Assembly (NCBI GenBank): GCA_036517795.1
Contig: DATDTF010000024.1
Span: 1 to 54,712 of the forward strand
Reading direction: 5' to 3'
Origin: Minisyncoccota bacterium
GTDB lineage: Bacteria; Patescibacteriota; Minisyncoccia; 2-02-FULL-40-12; IGHO2-12-FULL-4
Length of the DNA stretch: 54,712 bases
Position 1 is the first letter of the stretch. Each line of letters starts with the position of its first letter. A model generated the notes under the pieces. The model had not been told where the DNA came from. It ran no database searches and saw only the letters and a program-made list of their open reading frames with translations. Of this stretch, positions 27,156 through 36,855 are shown piece after piece. Position numbers and translations under genes: made by a program.

Positions 27156-28803
27156 AGACAACGTGTTGCTCTTTGTTCTGATTGGATCTTTTATTTTAAT
27201 TAGATTTCTCGGTTTAGATCAGTTTTATCACCAAGATGAATATCGGTGGGTAGATATTGCTGATAGTATCGCTAACTCAAGTTTGGGGTTGGCGTCTCCG
27301 CATCCGCCATTGATGCAGGGTTTGTTTTATGTTTTTTCTGTATTTGAGAAAATATTTAACTATAACAATCTAAGACTTATCCCGCTTTTGTTTAGTGTTT
27401 TATGTTTTGTTTTGGTTTACCGGATCTCACTAAGATATGACAAAAATCGCAAGATGGCCTATGTTGCAATCGGCCTTTTTACATTAAATGTTTATAGTTC
27501 AATAGCCAGCCTCCAGCTTGATATTGATGGCGCAATATTGCCTTTTTTTGTTCTGTTGTCTTATTACTTCTATCTGCGATCGGTGATTGACGGGGACAAA
27601 AGATTTATTTTACCTTTTCTTGTGGCAATCGCCGGCGGGTTTCTGGCCAAATTAAGTTTTACCCTGTTTGTAGGAGCCTTAGCGGCTGATTATTTTTGGA
27701 CAGTGTATGAGAGAGGGGAGTTTAAGGCCGGTATCAAAAAGTTTTTTTATTTATTCGGAGGCCTAGTTTTATCCGCCGGTGCTTTTTATGTCTTCTACGG
27801 TTCCGGTCACCCGTGGTTTGTTGAATACACGTTAAACCATCTGCAGACAGCCAGGAGTTTTGGGTCAAGGTCTTATTTTGACCTCTTTCTCCGTCTTTTC
27901 AAATTTTTTATCTGGTTGTCGCCACTTTTAACCTTACCGGTTGTATATGGGATATTCAAAAAGGAGATATTTAGTAAGTATAGGATTTGGTATGTTTATA
28001 TATTTTTTAATCTCCTTTTCTATCTTGTTGTTTTTAATTTTTCCACGCTTCCGATTGAGAGGTATCTGATGAGTCTTATAATTCCAGCAGTCTTTATCAG
28101 TTCCGATGTTATTTGTTCGTTCATAAAAAAACTTAAAATAAACAGAAGTTTTTTGTTTTTAAGTATTGCCGGCTTTGTTCTGCTCGCGACGATTACAGTT
28201 CTGATGAACAGTGAGGTTATGCCTCTTAATCCCAAAGAAGCGTATGTAGACAAACTAAAATCTTTAGATTTTAATTTCCTAATTCCTTTGACCGGCGGTT
28301 CGGGGCCGATAGGATTTTATGTTTCTGCCCAATTTATACTCTGGGCGTGGGTAATTTGTGCGATTGGACTAACCTTGAATAAAAAATCTTGGGCTGTGTA
28401 TTTGTTTGTTATATTCGGTTTCGGATATAACACCCTTCTTTCAAATGAATTTTTGTTCGGCAATTTATACGGCAGTGTAGATAAAATAACAAAAAAATCA
28501 GTTGAGTACGTGATTAATAATCAGGAAATTGACGGAGTGATAACTTATTATGATGCGGGGGTTTATTATCTGAAGAAAGCGGATAAATACGATTCAAGAT
28601 TTTATACCGCTCCTAAGCGCGACTACACTCCCAAGATGACCAGTTACCGCGGCCATTATATGATTGTTGACTTTCCGGCAATAGACAAAGAAAGCCGGTA
28701 CTGGAAATTAATATCAAGATGCGAGTTAGACAAAAAGTTCACAGATAAATATCTAGATTCTTATATTTTTGACTGCCGAGGCTTACCTCAAAACCAATTG
28801 TAG
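27139..28803 (+). CDS. GT-C membrane glycosyltransferase (ArnT/FlmK/LgmB-like)
   Basis: 554 aa, polytopic, with N-proximal YHQDEYRWVDIA DE motif. Confidence 0.65.
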   Translation: MRTILKDNVLLFVLIGSFILIRFLGLDQFYHQDEYRWVDIADSIANSSLGLASPHPPLMQGLFYVFSVFEKIFNYNNLRLIPLLFSVLCFVLVYRISLRYDKNRKMAYVAIGLFTLNVYSSIASLQLDIDGAILPFFVLLSYYFYLRSVIDGDKRFILPFLVAIAGGFLAKLSFTLFVGALAADYFWTVYERGEFKAGIKKFFYLFGGLVLSAGAFYVFYGSGHPWFVEYTLNHLQTARSFGSRSYFDLFLRLFKFFIWLSPLLTLPVVYGIFKKEIFSKYRIWYVYIFFNLLFYLVVFNFSTLPIERYLMSLIIPAVFISSDVICSFIKKLKINRSFLFLSIAGFVLLATITVLMNSEVMPLNPKEAYVDKLKSLDFNFLIPLTGGSGPIGFYVSAQFILWAWVICAIGLTLNKKSWAVYLFVIFGFGYNTLLSNEFLFGNLYGSVDKITKKSVEYVINNQEIDGVITYYDAGVYYLKKADKYDSRFYTAPKRDYTPKMTSYRGHYMIVDFPAIDKESRYWKLISRCELDKKFTDKYLDSYIFDCRGLPQNQL

Positions 28804-28821
28804 TTAAAGGCTTGGTTCAGA

Positions 28822-28850
28822 TGGACAGATCATTTAAACTTTGATATAAT
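28822..28850 (+). promoter_or_regulatory. Near-consensus promoter TGGACA-N17-(TG)a-TATAAT, only 6 nt upstream of ATG 28857
   Basis: -35 at 28822-28827, extended-10 TG at 28842-28843, TATAAT at 28845-28850. No SD between the -10 and the ATG. Confidence 0.65.
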
Positions 28851-28856
28851 TTTGCA

Positions 28857-29801
28857 ATGCAAAATAGTCAAAAACCTCTTTTTTTGTCGGTAGTTTTACC
28901 TATTTTTAATGAAGAGGAGTCCCTTGCTGAATTAATGGGGGAGCTTTATTCGGTCTGTAACTCTTTGAATAAAGAGTATGAAATAATTTTTGTTGATGAT
29001 AATTCTAGCGACAGAACACCCGAAATCCTCAAGCAGTATGCGGACAAGGATCCAAGGGTCAAAGTTATACGTTTTTCCAGAAATTTCAGACACCAGGCGG
29101 CTATAAGCGCCGGTCTGGATGCCTCAAGCGGGGAAATGGTTGTGACCATGGACAGCGATCTTCAGCATCCTCCGAAAGTAATTCTTGAATTCATAAAACA
29201 GGCTGAAAGCGGATATGACATAGTGATTGCGGAAAGAACGGCCAACGAGCACAATTCTTTTTTAAGGGAAGCAATAGGTAAAGCTATATATAAATTCCTA
29301 AGCCTTTCCACTGGTCTTGAATTTAAAAATGCAGGAGATTTCGTATTATACAAAAGAAAGGTTGTAGAGGTCATTAAAAATTTACCCGAGAGAGAAAAGT
29401 TCTTCAGGGGACTTGTTCAATGGATAGGTTTTAATAAAAAATACGTTTCTTATTCGGTAAGAGCCCGTAAGCATGGCAAGCCGACTTCCGTTAGAGGTTT
29501 GGCTCGTTTTATTTTGAACGGAATAACTTCTTTTTCCGCCTTTCCTCTGCGCCTTTCGTTTTGGCTTGGTGCAATAATCTTTGTGTTTAGTGTCGGCTAC
29601 GGCTTAGAAGTTGTGGTGGAGCATTTTTTGTACCCCAACTCTTTTATTAACGGCTTTACAGCGTTGGTTATCGTTGTTCTTGCTTTGGGCAGTATCCAGC
29701 TGATGGTAATCGGTGTTATTGGGGAATATCTTTATAAAATGTTTAATGAGATAAAGGGTCGTCCGGTGTATATTATAGCTGAAAAAAAGAATTTGGATTA
29801 A
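28857..29801 (+). CDS. GT2 polyprenyl-phosphate glycosyltransferase (ArnC/GtrB/FlmF2/LgmA-like)
   Basis: LSVVLPIFNEE, VDDNSSDRT, RFSRNFRHQAAISAGLD and DSDLQHPP, plus two C-terminal TM helices. Confidence 0.8.
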   Translation: MQNSQKPLFLSVVLPIFNEEESLAELMGELYSVCNSLNKEYEIIFVDDNSSDRTPEILKQYADKDPRVKVIRFSRNFRHQAAISAGLDASSGEMVVTMDSDLQHPPKVILEFIKQAESGYDIVIAERTANEHNSFLREAIGKAIYKFLSLSTGLEFKNAGDFVLYKRKVVEVIKNLPEREKFFRGLVQWIGFNKKYVSYSVRARKHGKPTSVRGLARFILNGITSFSAFPLRLSFWLGAIIFVFSVGYGLEVVVEHFLYPNSFINGFTALVIVVLALGSIQLMVIGVIGEYLYKMFNEIKGRPVYIIAEKKNLD

Positions 29802-29813
29802 GTTTATATTCTA

Positions 29814-30572
29814 ATGTTGAGAACTATTGCTGATGATCTTGGTCTCCATAAATCCGTTAATAGCGGTATTGTTTTTTTGTTGAGAGAGGGCAAGATAGAC
29901 GGGGCATCGTTAATGGCTAACGGAGAAGAGTTTGAAGATGCGGTCCGGCAATGTTTGGAAAATAAACTTTCAAATGTCGGTGTTCATTTAAATTTGGTTG
30001 AACAGCAGTCAGTTTTATCGGGTAAACCGATGTTAAAAAATCATCGAGTTTTTTTTATAAAATATATTCTAGGTTTAGTAAAAAAGGAAATTCTCCGGAA
30101 AGAACTGGAAGCGCAAGTTAAAAAAATTGTTCAGGCCGGGATAAAGCCTATTTTTTTGAACGGAAACCAACACCTCCATCTTTTGCCGGGAATTATGGAT
30201 ATTACTATAAGACTGGCGAAAGAATATCAAATACCTTATATAAGAATAATAAACGAACCGGCATCTCTTAAAAAAGGAAGTTTGTTCAGGGAACTACAGT
30301 TGGTTTTTTTGAATTTTCTGTCAAAATCGGCTAAAAGAAAAATTAAAAAAGCCGGTCTTGAGTGCAATGACTATTTTGTAGGATTTATTGACGCCGGTGT
30401 TATGAGCTTTAAAACTAAACAAGAAGCCGAGGTGTTGGCTGAAAAATATCCCGACAAGGTCATTGAGCTCGGCTGTCATCCTGGGTATGAAAGCGAGAGC
30501 CTAAGAAAAAAATTCAAACACTGGGGGAATTACAATTGGGAGGAAGAGCTAAACTTACTAAGACAACAATGA
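29814..30572 (+). CDS. YdjC/ChbG-family carbohydrate deacetylase (NaxD/LgmC-like by context)
   Basis: N-terminal DDLGLHKSVNSGI and NGNQHLHLLPG, typical of the YdjC family. Confidence 0.7.
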   Translation: MLRTIADDLGLHKSVNSGIVFLLREGKIDGASLMANGEEFEDAVRQCLENKLSNVGVHLNLVEQQSVLSGKPMLKNHRVFFIKYILGLVKKEILRKELEAQVKKIVQAGIKPIFLNGNQHLHLLPGIMDITIRLAKEYQIPYIRIINEPASLKKGSLFRELQLVFLNFLSKSAKRKIKKAGLECNDYFVGFIDAGVMSFKTKQEAEVLAEKYPDKVIELGCHPGYESESLRKKFKHWGNYNWEEELNLLRQQ

Positions 30573-31609
30573 GAATTTTATATTTGAGCAGATCAAAAAT
30601 GAACCACTCGGTTAACGCAGTCTATATCAAGGGATTAAGACTGAACGGGGCTGATGTTAAAGAGGTTTTTGTCCGCCATGATGAATTTTTTGAGCTTATT
30701 AAATATTTGGTCAGCAACCGAAAGACCTTTGATTCCGTTTTTGTCGGCTACGATAGCCCACAGCTTGTAATTTTATCAAAGCTTTTTTCAAGAAAAAAAG
30801 TTACCTACAATGCCCTCTGTTCTGTTTATGAAAGGTTGATTGTTTCAAGAGCGTTTGCGCCGCCCTACTCAGTAAAGGCGCTTTATTACTGGTTTTTGGA
30901 TTTTCTTTCTTTTAACTTGGCTGATTTGACAATGGTTGAGACCGACAGCCAAGCTGACTATTGCGCGAAATTTTTTCTAGCCCCAAGGAAAAAATTTTTC
31001 AGAGCTTGGACGGGAGTTGATGAGGAAAAATTTTATTTCAATCCGGACATAGATAAGTTTTCCAGATTCACGGTCATTTTCAGGGGGCAGTTTCTGCCCG
31101 AGTCGGGGGTTGAGTATGCGATTAAAGCGGCTAAAATTTTAGAAAATGAGGATATAAATTTTATTATTCATGGCGGCGGTTTTAATGCCGATAAAATCAA
31201 AAAGTTGGTGGAAGATTTAAAACCAAAAAATCTTAGGATGATAACGGACTTTTTGCCGGCAGAAGAATTAAGAACGCTTATGCAGAAGTGCCACTTAAGC
31301 TTGGGACAGTTGTCAGACCACCCGCGTCTTGAAAGAACGGTTCCCCATAAGGCATTCGAGTCACTGGCGATGAAACTGCCCTATCTGACCGTTTCCAACA
31401 AAGGTGTTCTTGAATTGTTAAAGACGGGAGAAGTTTGTGTTTCTTGCGAGTTGGCCAGTGCTGAATCTTTGGCTAAAAAAATACTGTGGTCAAAAGGTCA
31501 TCCCCAAGAGTTGGAACGGACAGCCGAGAATGGTTACTTGCTATATAAGGACAAGCTTAATTCCCTTGTTTTGGCCAAAAAACTGCTTGCCCACATAAAT
31601 TTATTATGA
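30569..31609 (+). CDS. GT-B fold glycosyltransferase, paralog of 14309-15364
   Basis: VIFRGQFLPESGVEYAIKAAKIL and TVPHKAFESLAMKLPYLT. ATG 30569 forms an ATGA overlap with the upstream stop and is preferred over track TTG 30536. Confidence 0.6.
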   Translation: MRILYLSRSKMNHSVNAVYIKGLRLNGADVKEVFVRHDEFFELIKYLVSNRKTFDSVFVGYDSPQLVILSKLFSRKKVTYNALCSVYERLIVSRAFAPPYSVKALYYWFLDFLSFNLADLTMVETDSQADYCAKFFLAPRKKFFRAWTGVDEEKFYFNPDIDKFSRFTVIFRGQFLPESGVEYAIKAAKILENEDINFIIHGGGFNADKIKKLVEDLKPKNLRMITDFLPAEELRTLMQKCHLSLGQLSDHPRLERTVPHKAFESLAMKLPYLTVSNKGVLELLKTGEVCVSCELASAESLAKKILWSKGHPQELERTAENGYLLYKDKLNSLVLAKKLLAHINLL

Positions 31610-31625
31610 TAAATTGAGGTCAATT

Positions 31626-31829
31626 ATGGTAATCGCTGTTTTGTTATTTCTTATTCCTATTAATGCTTATGCTTACCTTGATCCCGGTACCGGGAGCTTT
31701 ATAGTTCAGCTTATAATAGCGGCAATAGCAGGAGTTTCCTTCTCATTAAAAATTTACTGGCACAAAATTAAGACAAAATTTTTGCCTTTTTTAAGTAAAT
31801 TTTTTAAACGCGAAAAAAATGGAAAATGA
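31626..31829 (+). CDS. Small (67 aa) membrane protein with a YLDPGTGS motif
   Basis: GAGGT lies 5 nt upstream of ATG 31626. Hydrophobic leader, then AYAYLDPGTGSFIVQLIIAAIAGV (TM), then a basic tail. Confidence 0.5.
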   Translation: MVIAVLLFLIPINAYAYLDPGTGSFIVQLIIAAIAGVSFSLKIYWHKIKTKFLPFLSKFFKREKNGK

Positions 31830-33210
31830 TAAAGTTGGCAGCGATAAGTTATCCAGCTCTTTTAGAGATCCCAGCGGATTCCTTTTTTATAATAAGGGGG
31901 TGCTTTTGCGCCAAATAAATCTTTTCTACAAAGATAACTTTGACTCCTTGTTGTCTTCTGGTCTGCATCAGGCGCTTTTAAATGACGGTTTTATTATCGG
32001 TCACGAAGAGGTTGTTGAGGGAGTTGCAACGAGTGAGGGGGGATACAAAATAATAAAACCGGAGCTAGTGCCTTTTATTTCTTATCCCTGCGAGTGGAGC
32101 TTTAGCCAGCTGAAAGACGCGGCTTTACTGACCCTTAAAATTCAGAAAAAAGCGCTTGGCTTTGGCATGTCCTTGAAGGATGCCAGTGCTTATAATATCC
32201 AATTCAAGAACGGCAAGCCGGTTTTGATTGACACGCTTTCTTTTGAAAAATATGTGGAAGGAGAACCTTGGGTTGCCTATAAACAATTCTGCCAACATTT
32301 TCTTGCTCCGCTTGCGCTTATGAGCTATCGGGATGTCAGATTGAGTCAGCTGTTCAGAGTTTATATAGATGGTATTCCCCTAGATCTGGCAAGTTCGTTA
32401 CTGCCGTTAAAAACCCGCTTCTTTTTTCCTATTTTATCTCATATCCATCTACACGCTAAGACCCAGAAATATTTTTCGGATAAAGTTGTAAGAAATAAAA
32501 AAATTTATTTAAGTCGTCACGGGATGTTGGCGCTGGTTGACAGTATGGAGCATGCTATCAGGAGCTTGAAGTGGAAAGCGAAAGACACGGAATGGGCTGA
32601 TTACTATGACAAGACTAATTATTCTGTCAGGGGATTTGAAAATAAAAAAGAAATCATATCTGAATTTCTTGATATCATAAAACCCAAAACAGTTTGGGAC
32701 CTTGGAGCCAACAATGGTCTGTTCAGTCGAATTGCTTCCGAAAAGAAAATCTTCACCATATCATCTGACGTGGATCCTGCGGCGGTTGAACAAAACTATT
32801 TATTTTCTGTGGACAAAGGTGACAAGTTAACTCTGCCTCTCGTGATTGATTTGTGTAATCCGACTCCGGGTATGGGATGGGGACACAAAGAAAGGATGTC
32901 TTTGGTTGAAAGGGGTCCGGCGGATGTTCTTTTTGCGCTGGCGCTGGTACACCATTTGGCCATTTCAAACAATTTACCCTTTTCTGTTATTGCAGAATTC
33001 TTCAGCCGGATAGGCAATTCGCTTATTATTGAGTTTGTGCCGAAAGCCGATTCCCAAGTTCAGAAGTTGCTTTCTACACGAAAAGATGTATTTTTGAACT
33101 ATAACAAAGAATCGTTTGAAAAAGAATTTTGTCAATATTTTAAAATACAAAAAATACACCAGATCGAAGACTCCAACAGAGTTCTTTATTTGATGGATAA
33201 GATCCGATGA
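31819..33210 (+). CDS. Two-domain protein: N-terminal kinase-like region fused to a C-terminal class I SAM methyltransferase
   Basis: C-terminal VWDLGANNGLFS motif I and LALVHHL. The N-terminal half has LKDASAYNIQF (DxxxxN) and PVLIDTLSF, resembling the catalytic and Mg loops of small-molecule/protein kinase-like folds. Confidence 0.5.
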   Translation: MENDKVGSDKLSSSFRDPSGFLFYNKGVLLRQINLFYKDNFDSLLSSGLHQALLNDGFIIGHEEVVEGVATSEGGYKIIKPELVPFISYPCEWSFSQLKDAALLTLKIQKKALGFGMSLKDASAYNIQFKNGKPVLIDTLSFEKYVEGEPWVAYKQFCQHFLAPLALMSYRDVRLSQLFRVYIDGIPLDLASSLLPLKTRFFFPILSHIHLHAKTQKYFSDKVVRNKKIYLSRHGMLALVDSMEHAIRSLKWKAKDTEWADYYDKTNYSVRGFENKKEIISEFLDIIKPKTVWDLGANNGLFSRIASEKKIFTISSDVDPAAVEQNYLFSVDKGDKLTLPLVIDLCNPTPGMGWGHKERMSLVERGPADVLFALALVHHLAISNNLPFSVIAEFFSRIGNSLIIEFVPKADSQVQKLLSTRKDVFLNYNKESFEKEFCQYFKIQKIHQIEDSNRVLYLMDKIR

Positions 33211-34772
33211 GAATGCTAAAAATTAAAGATTTTATTAAGAATATTTCATATCTGCCGTTTCTGTATGGAACTTTTCCCATACTTTTTCTTTTTGCTCACA
33301 ATATAAGCGAACTGAAATACGAAATGCTGTGGGCGCCTCTTTTAACTGTTATTTTTGTAATTTTAGTTTTTACTGTTGTCTTGAGAATTTTTATTAAGGA
33401 CTACCGTAAATCAGGACTGATTCTTTCCTTGTTTTTTCTGCTCTTTCTGTCGTATGGTAATTTTAAAGAGCTGGTTTCCGGTGGATGGCTGGAGGGCATA
33501 GGTGTTATCAGGGACACATACCTATATCCTTTTGGGGTTTTGTTATTCGGATTAGCCAGTTATTTTATTATGAAATCCGGCGACTCAAAGATTGTGTATG
33601 GTTTTTTTAAAACCACGGGCTGTGTACTAATTGTCGTTTCTCTTGTGAGTATTGGTTCTAGCGCTTATTCAAACAGGCGCAACAATTCCGTTTTTCTAGA
33701 TGACGCGAGTCGGTCGGAGTCAAGCCAAAACCAAAATTTGCCTGATATTTATTATATTATTCCCGACACATACGCCCGGGCAGATGTGCTTAAAGAGCTC
33801 TATGATTACGACAACAGCGAATTCATTAACTTTTTAAAGGGAAAAGGCTTTTCAGTCCTTTCAGACAGTAAATCAAATTATCAAAATACCATGATATCCA
33901 TACCCTCAACGCTGAATATGGATTATTTGGACAACTTGCTCCCGGAAACTATAAGAGAGGATGACTTTAAGAACATGGTCCAAAACAGCCGGGTTCAGCA
34001 ATTTCTAAAGGAAAGAGGATATAAAATTATATATTTTGACTCAGGCTATGGAATAACAAGCTACAATAAATATGCTGATATTAAATTTAACTCCAGTTAC
34101 ATTAACGATTTTTCCCGTCAGATAATTGAAACTTCGGTACTCAAATATTTTTTAGTCAAAAGAAAACTTTTTGGATTTAGCATAAAAAACGAGGAAAGAA
34201 AAAGAATTTTATACAGTATTGATAAGTTAAAAGAAATTCCGGAAATGGAAGTTGGCGGGCCCAAATTTGTTTTTCTTCATATTAACTCTCCCCACACTCC
34301 ATTCTTGTTTGATCGAAATGGCAAAGATGTAGATGTGGATTGGTACTCTGTAACATCACCGGAAGAGTACAACAGTCTTTGGCTCGATCAACTCATTTTT
34401 ATAAGCGGACAATTACGTTCGGCTGTTGAAGAGATTTTGGCTAGGTCTAAAACAGAACCTATTATTGTAATTCAGTCAGATCACGGTCTTGAGGTTATGG
34501 CACAAGGATCGCCTGAAGAATTCTTTCAATCGGACACATTTACCGAAGCAAGGATTAAGAACTTTAGCGCGTTTTATCTGCCGGGTAACAAAAAAAAGAC
34601 TTTGCCGAATAACCTGACGAACGTTAATACTTTCCGCTTTATTTTTAAAAACTATTTTAATGCCGACTTCAACCTTTTAGAAAATAAGATTTATAGGTAT
34701 TTTGACTATTCACTTTTAAAGCGCCATTCGGATCTGAAGAATATGAAGCAAGTTCCTAAGAGCCTGCTTTGA
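33207..34772 (+). CDS. Membrane-anchored sulfatase/alkaline-phosphatase superfamily transferase (LtaS/phosphotransferase-like)
   Basis: About 5 N-terminal TM helices, then IYYIIPDTYARAD, HINSPHTPF and IVIQSDHG. Confidence 0.65.
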   Translation: MRMLKIKDFIKNISYLPFLYGTFPILFLFAHNISELKYEMLWAPLLTVIFVILVFTVVLRIFIKDYRKSGLILSLFFLLFLSYGNFKELVSGGWLEGIGVIRDTYLYPFGVLLFGLASYFIMKSGDSKIVYGFFKTTGCVLIVVSLVSIGSSAYSNRRNNSVFLDDASRSESSQNQNLPDIYYIIPDTYARADVLKELYDYDNSEFINFLKGKGFSVLSDSKSNYQNTMISIPSTLNMDYLDNLLPETIREDDFKNMVQNSRVQQFLKERGYKIIYFDSGYGITSYNKYADIKFNSSYINDFSRQIIETSVLKYFLVKRKLFGFSIKNEERKRILYSIDKLKEIPEMEVGGPKFVFLHINSPHTPFLFDRNGKDVDVDWYSVTSPEEYNSLWLDQLIFISGQLRSAVEEILARSKTEPIIVIQSDHGLEVMAQGSPEEFFQSDTFTEARIKNFSAFYLPGNKKKTLPNNLTNVNTFRFIFKNYFNADFNLLENKIYRYFDYSLLKRHSDLKNMKQVPKSLL

Positions 34773-35967
34773 TCTTTTCGTAAAGACGCATATACTGTTC
34801 CGTCATCTTTTCAACCGTAAAGCCAGTTTTTATTTTTTCTATAGAGTATCGTCTCATTTTTTCTGTTTCTTGAGGCGGCAGGTTTAATAAGTAGTCTAAA
34901 CCTATTTTAAGGTCATCAGCATTTTTATATTCGGCTATGTATCCGTTTATTTTATGTTCCACCAGTTCCGGTATGCCGCCGGTGTTGAAAGAAACAACCG
35001 GTAGTCCGCAAGCCATGGCTTCAAGGACGACTAGGGGACAGTTGTCGGCTATTGAGGGGTAGAGGAGTATGTCAGCGGCGGAGTAGTATTTAGCCAAAAT
35101 GTTTTGGTCGGCCACGTAACTGACCACCTTGCCTTGGTTTGTGCTATTGTTGGCGTCACCGCCTAAATCAACGAAAAAGGCCCTAGAATTGCCGGTAAAG
35201 GCCTTTATGGTGTCTTGGACATAGTCACCACCCTTCCAGGGGTTTGACTGGCCTCTTTTCGCCACAATTAGAATAATCTGCTTGTTTTGGGGCAGGTTCA
35301 ACAGATGTCGTGCCTCTTGTTTGTCGTAGGGTTTAAATATTGAGGCGTTGATGCCATTATAGATGACTGATAGTGGTCTGTCTCCAAGAATACTCTGCTT
35401 AACTTTGTCTGCCAGCCATCTGGAAGGTGTCACTATGCAAAAGTTAGCGTTTCTATAAATTTCCCCTTTTCTTTTTTCAAGATATCTTTCATTGTGCCAG
35501 GCGATAGGAGGGTATATGTCTAAACTGGGGCAGGTAAAAAACCCGTTTTCTTTTAAGGCTCCGCCAAAAGAATGGGCGCAGTGGGCGGTTATCGGCCACA
35601 TGTCATGAAATGTCCAAATAATCGGCTTGACGGCTGAAATTTTTTTCAGAGTGCTAAGGTTGAAGTAGTTTGTGTGAAGATTGTGGCAGTGAATAATGTC
35701 GGCTTTTTTGAATTCCGGCATTTTTAAAATATGCTCTGATGGAAAAAAGTTCAGGTCGTTGGCGAGGTAATAAGTTACTTTTTTTAATATCCTTCGGCGG
35801 AGGTTGTTGTCTGGCCGTATCAGCATTACATTGCTGTCTTGAGAATATTTTCGGGACACCAAAAGAGTTGATTTGTGACCCCGTTTCTCCAGTTCGCCTT
35901 GGAGACAGTAAGCAACTTTTCCGGCTCCGCCTTTTGTATCCGAAGTATTTATTTGCAGGATGTTCAT
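34756..35967 (-). CDS. GT4 glycosyltransferase
   Basis: DNCPLVVLEAMACGLPVVSFNTGGIPELVEHKINGY. Overlaps the convergent 33207 gene by 17 bp. Confidence 0.8.
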   Translation of the reverse strand: MNILQINTSDTKGGAGKVAYCLQGELEKRGHKSTLLVSRKYSQDSNVMLIRPDNNLRRRILKKVTYYLANDLNFFPSEHILKMPEFKKADIIHCHNLHTNYFNLSTLKKISAVKPIIWTFHDMWPITAHCAHSFGGALKENGFFTCPSLDIYPPIAWHNERYLEKRKGEIYRNANFCIVTPSRWLADKVKQSILGDRPLSVIYNGINASIFKPYDKQEARHLLNLPQNKQIILIVAKRGQSNPWKGGDYVQDTIKAFTGNSRAFFVDLGGDANNSTNQGKVVSYVADQNILAKYYSAADILLYPSIADNCPLVVLEAMACGLPVVSFNTGGIPELVEHKINGYIAEYKNADDLKIGLDYLLNLPPQETEKMRRYSIEKIKTGFTVEKMTEQYMRLYEKIKAGS

Positions 35968-35979
35968 AAAAGTTAATTA

Positions 35980-36855
35980 CTAGAGCCATTTTTCCATTTG
36001 TTGTTTCAACTCTTTTACGCTCCAGTTTCTCACTACGAAACGGGGCAGAGTGTGAAGTGGGGTATTTCTGCCCACTCTCCTATGTATATTTGAGCAGGCA
36101 TATTGAAAGCCGTTTTTTTTGACCAGGTTTACTGTGTTTTTGTCAAAAGTTCCTTTTCCTCCGAAAGGATAAGCAAAAGAGTTTATGGGCATGCCCAAAA
36201 GTTTGTTTAGGGTTTGTCTGCTTCCGGCTATTTCTTCGGCTTGTTCACTAATGTTGATTTTTGAAAGCTTGGGATGGTTGATTGTGTGCGCTCCTATCTC
36301 AATAAATTTACTGGATGAAAGCTTTTTGAGTTCTTCCCGATTGACACATCGTCCTCTATCTTTTTCTGGGCTGCCTTCTTCCCAGAAGAACGGAGCACCG
36401 TTATCGATGTTGCTGGTAGTGATAAAAATTGTTGCGGGGATTCCGTATTTTTCCAGTATCGGCAGGGCATTGTGTAGGTTGTCGGCGTAACCGTCGTCAA
36501 ATGTTATAACAAGACGACCTTTGCCAAGCTTCCTTGACTTCAAGCTGTTTGCCAGTTCGTTTAAGCTTATTATTTTGAATTTATTTGACAGATAAATAAG
36601 TTGGTTTTCAAAATTTTCTGAACTGACGCTTAACTGGTAAATGTCGTTTTCCGGTTCTGCTATCCGATGATAAAGAAGTATGATTGCGGTGGGAAATAGT
36701 GCATTATAAAATTTTAAGGTTACTCCACGTATGAAGCAATACAGTTTTTTGGCCGGAATAAAAAAGGGTGTTTTGCGGAGTATGTTCTTGCATTTTTTAT
36801 AAATTAATTTTGCCATTTTGCGGTAGTAGAAGGTAGTCGCCAACAATAAGAGCAT
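35980..36855 (-). CDS. Polysaccharide deacetylase (CE4/NodB family)
   Basis: LLYHRI, ITFDDGYADN and GAHTINHP motifs. The true start may be ATG 36816 (MAKLIY), which reduces overlap with the upstream gene to 20 nt. Confidence 0.75.
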   Translation of the reverse strand: MLLLLATTFYYRKMAKLIYKKCKNILRKTPFFIPAKKLYCFIRGVTLKFYNALFPTAIILLYHRIAEPENDIYQLSVSSENFENQLIYLSNKFKIISLNELANSLKSRKLGKGRLVITFDDGYADNLHNALPILEKYGIPATIFITTSNIDNGAPFFWEEGSPEKDRGRCVNREELKKLSSSKFIEIGAHTINHPKLSKINISEQAEEIAGSRQTLNKLLGMPINSFAYPFGGKGTFDKNTVNLVKKNGFQYACSNIHRRVGRNTPLHTLPRFVVRNWSVKELKQQMEKWL

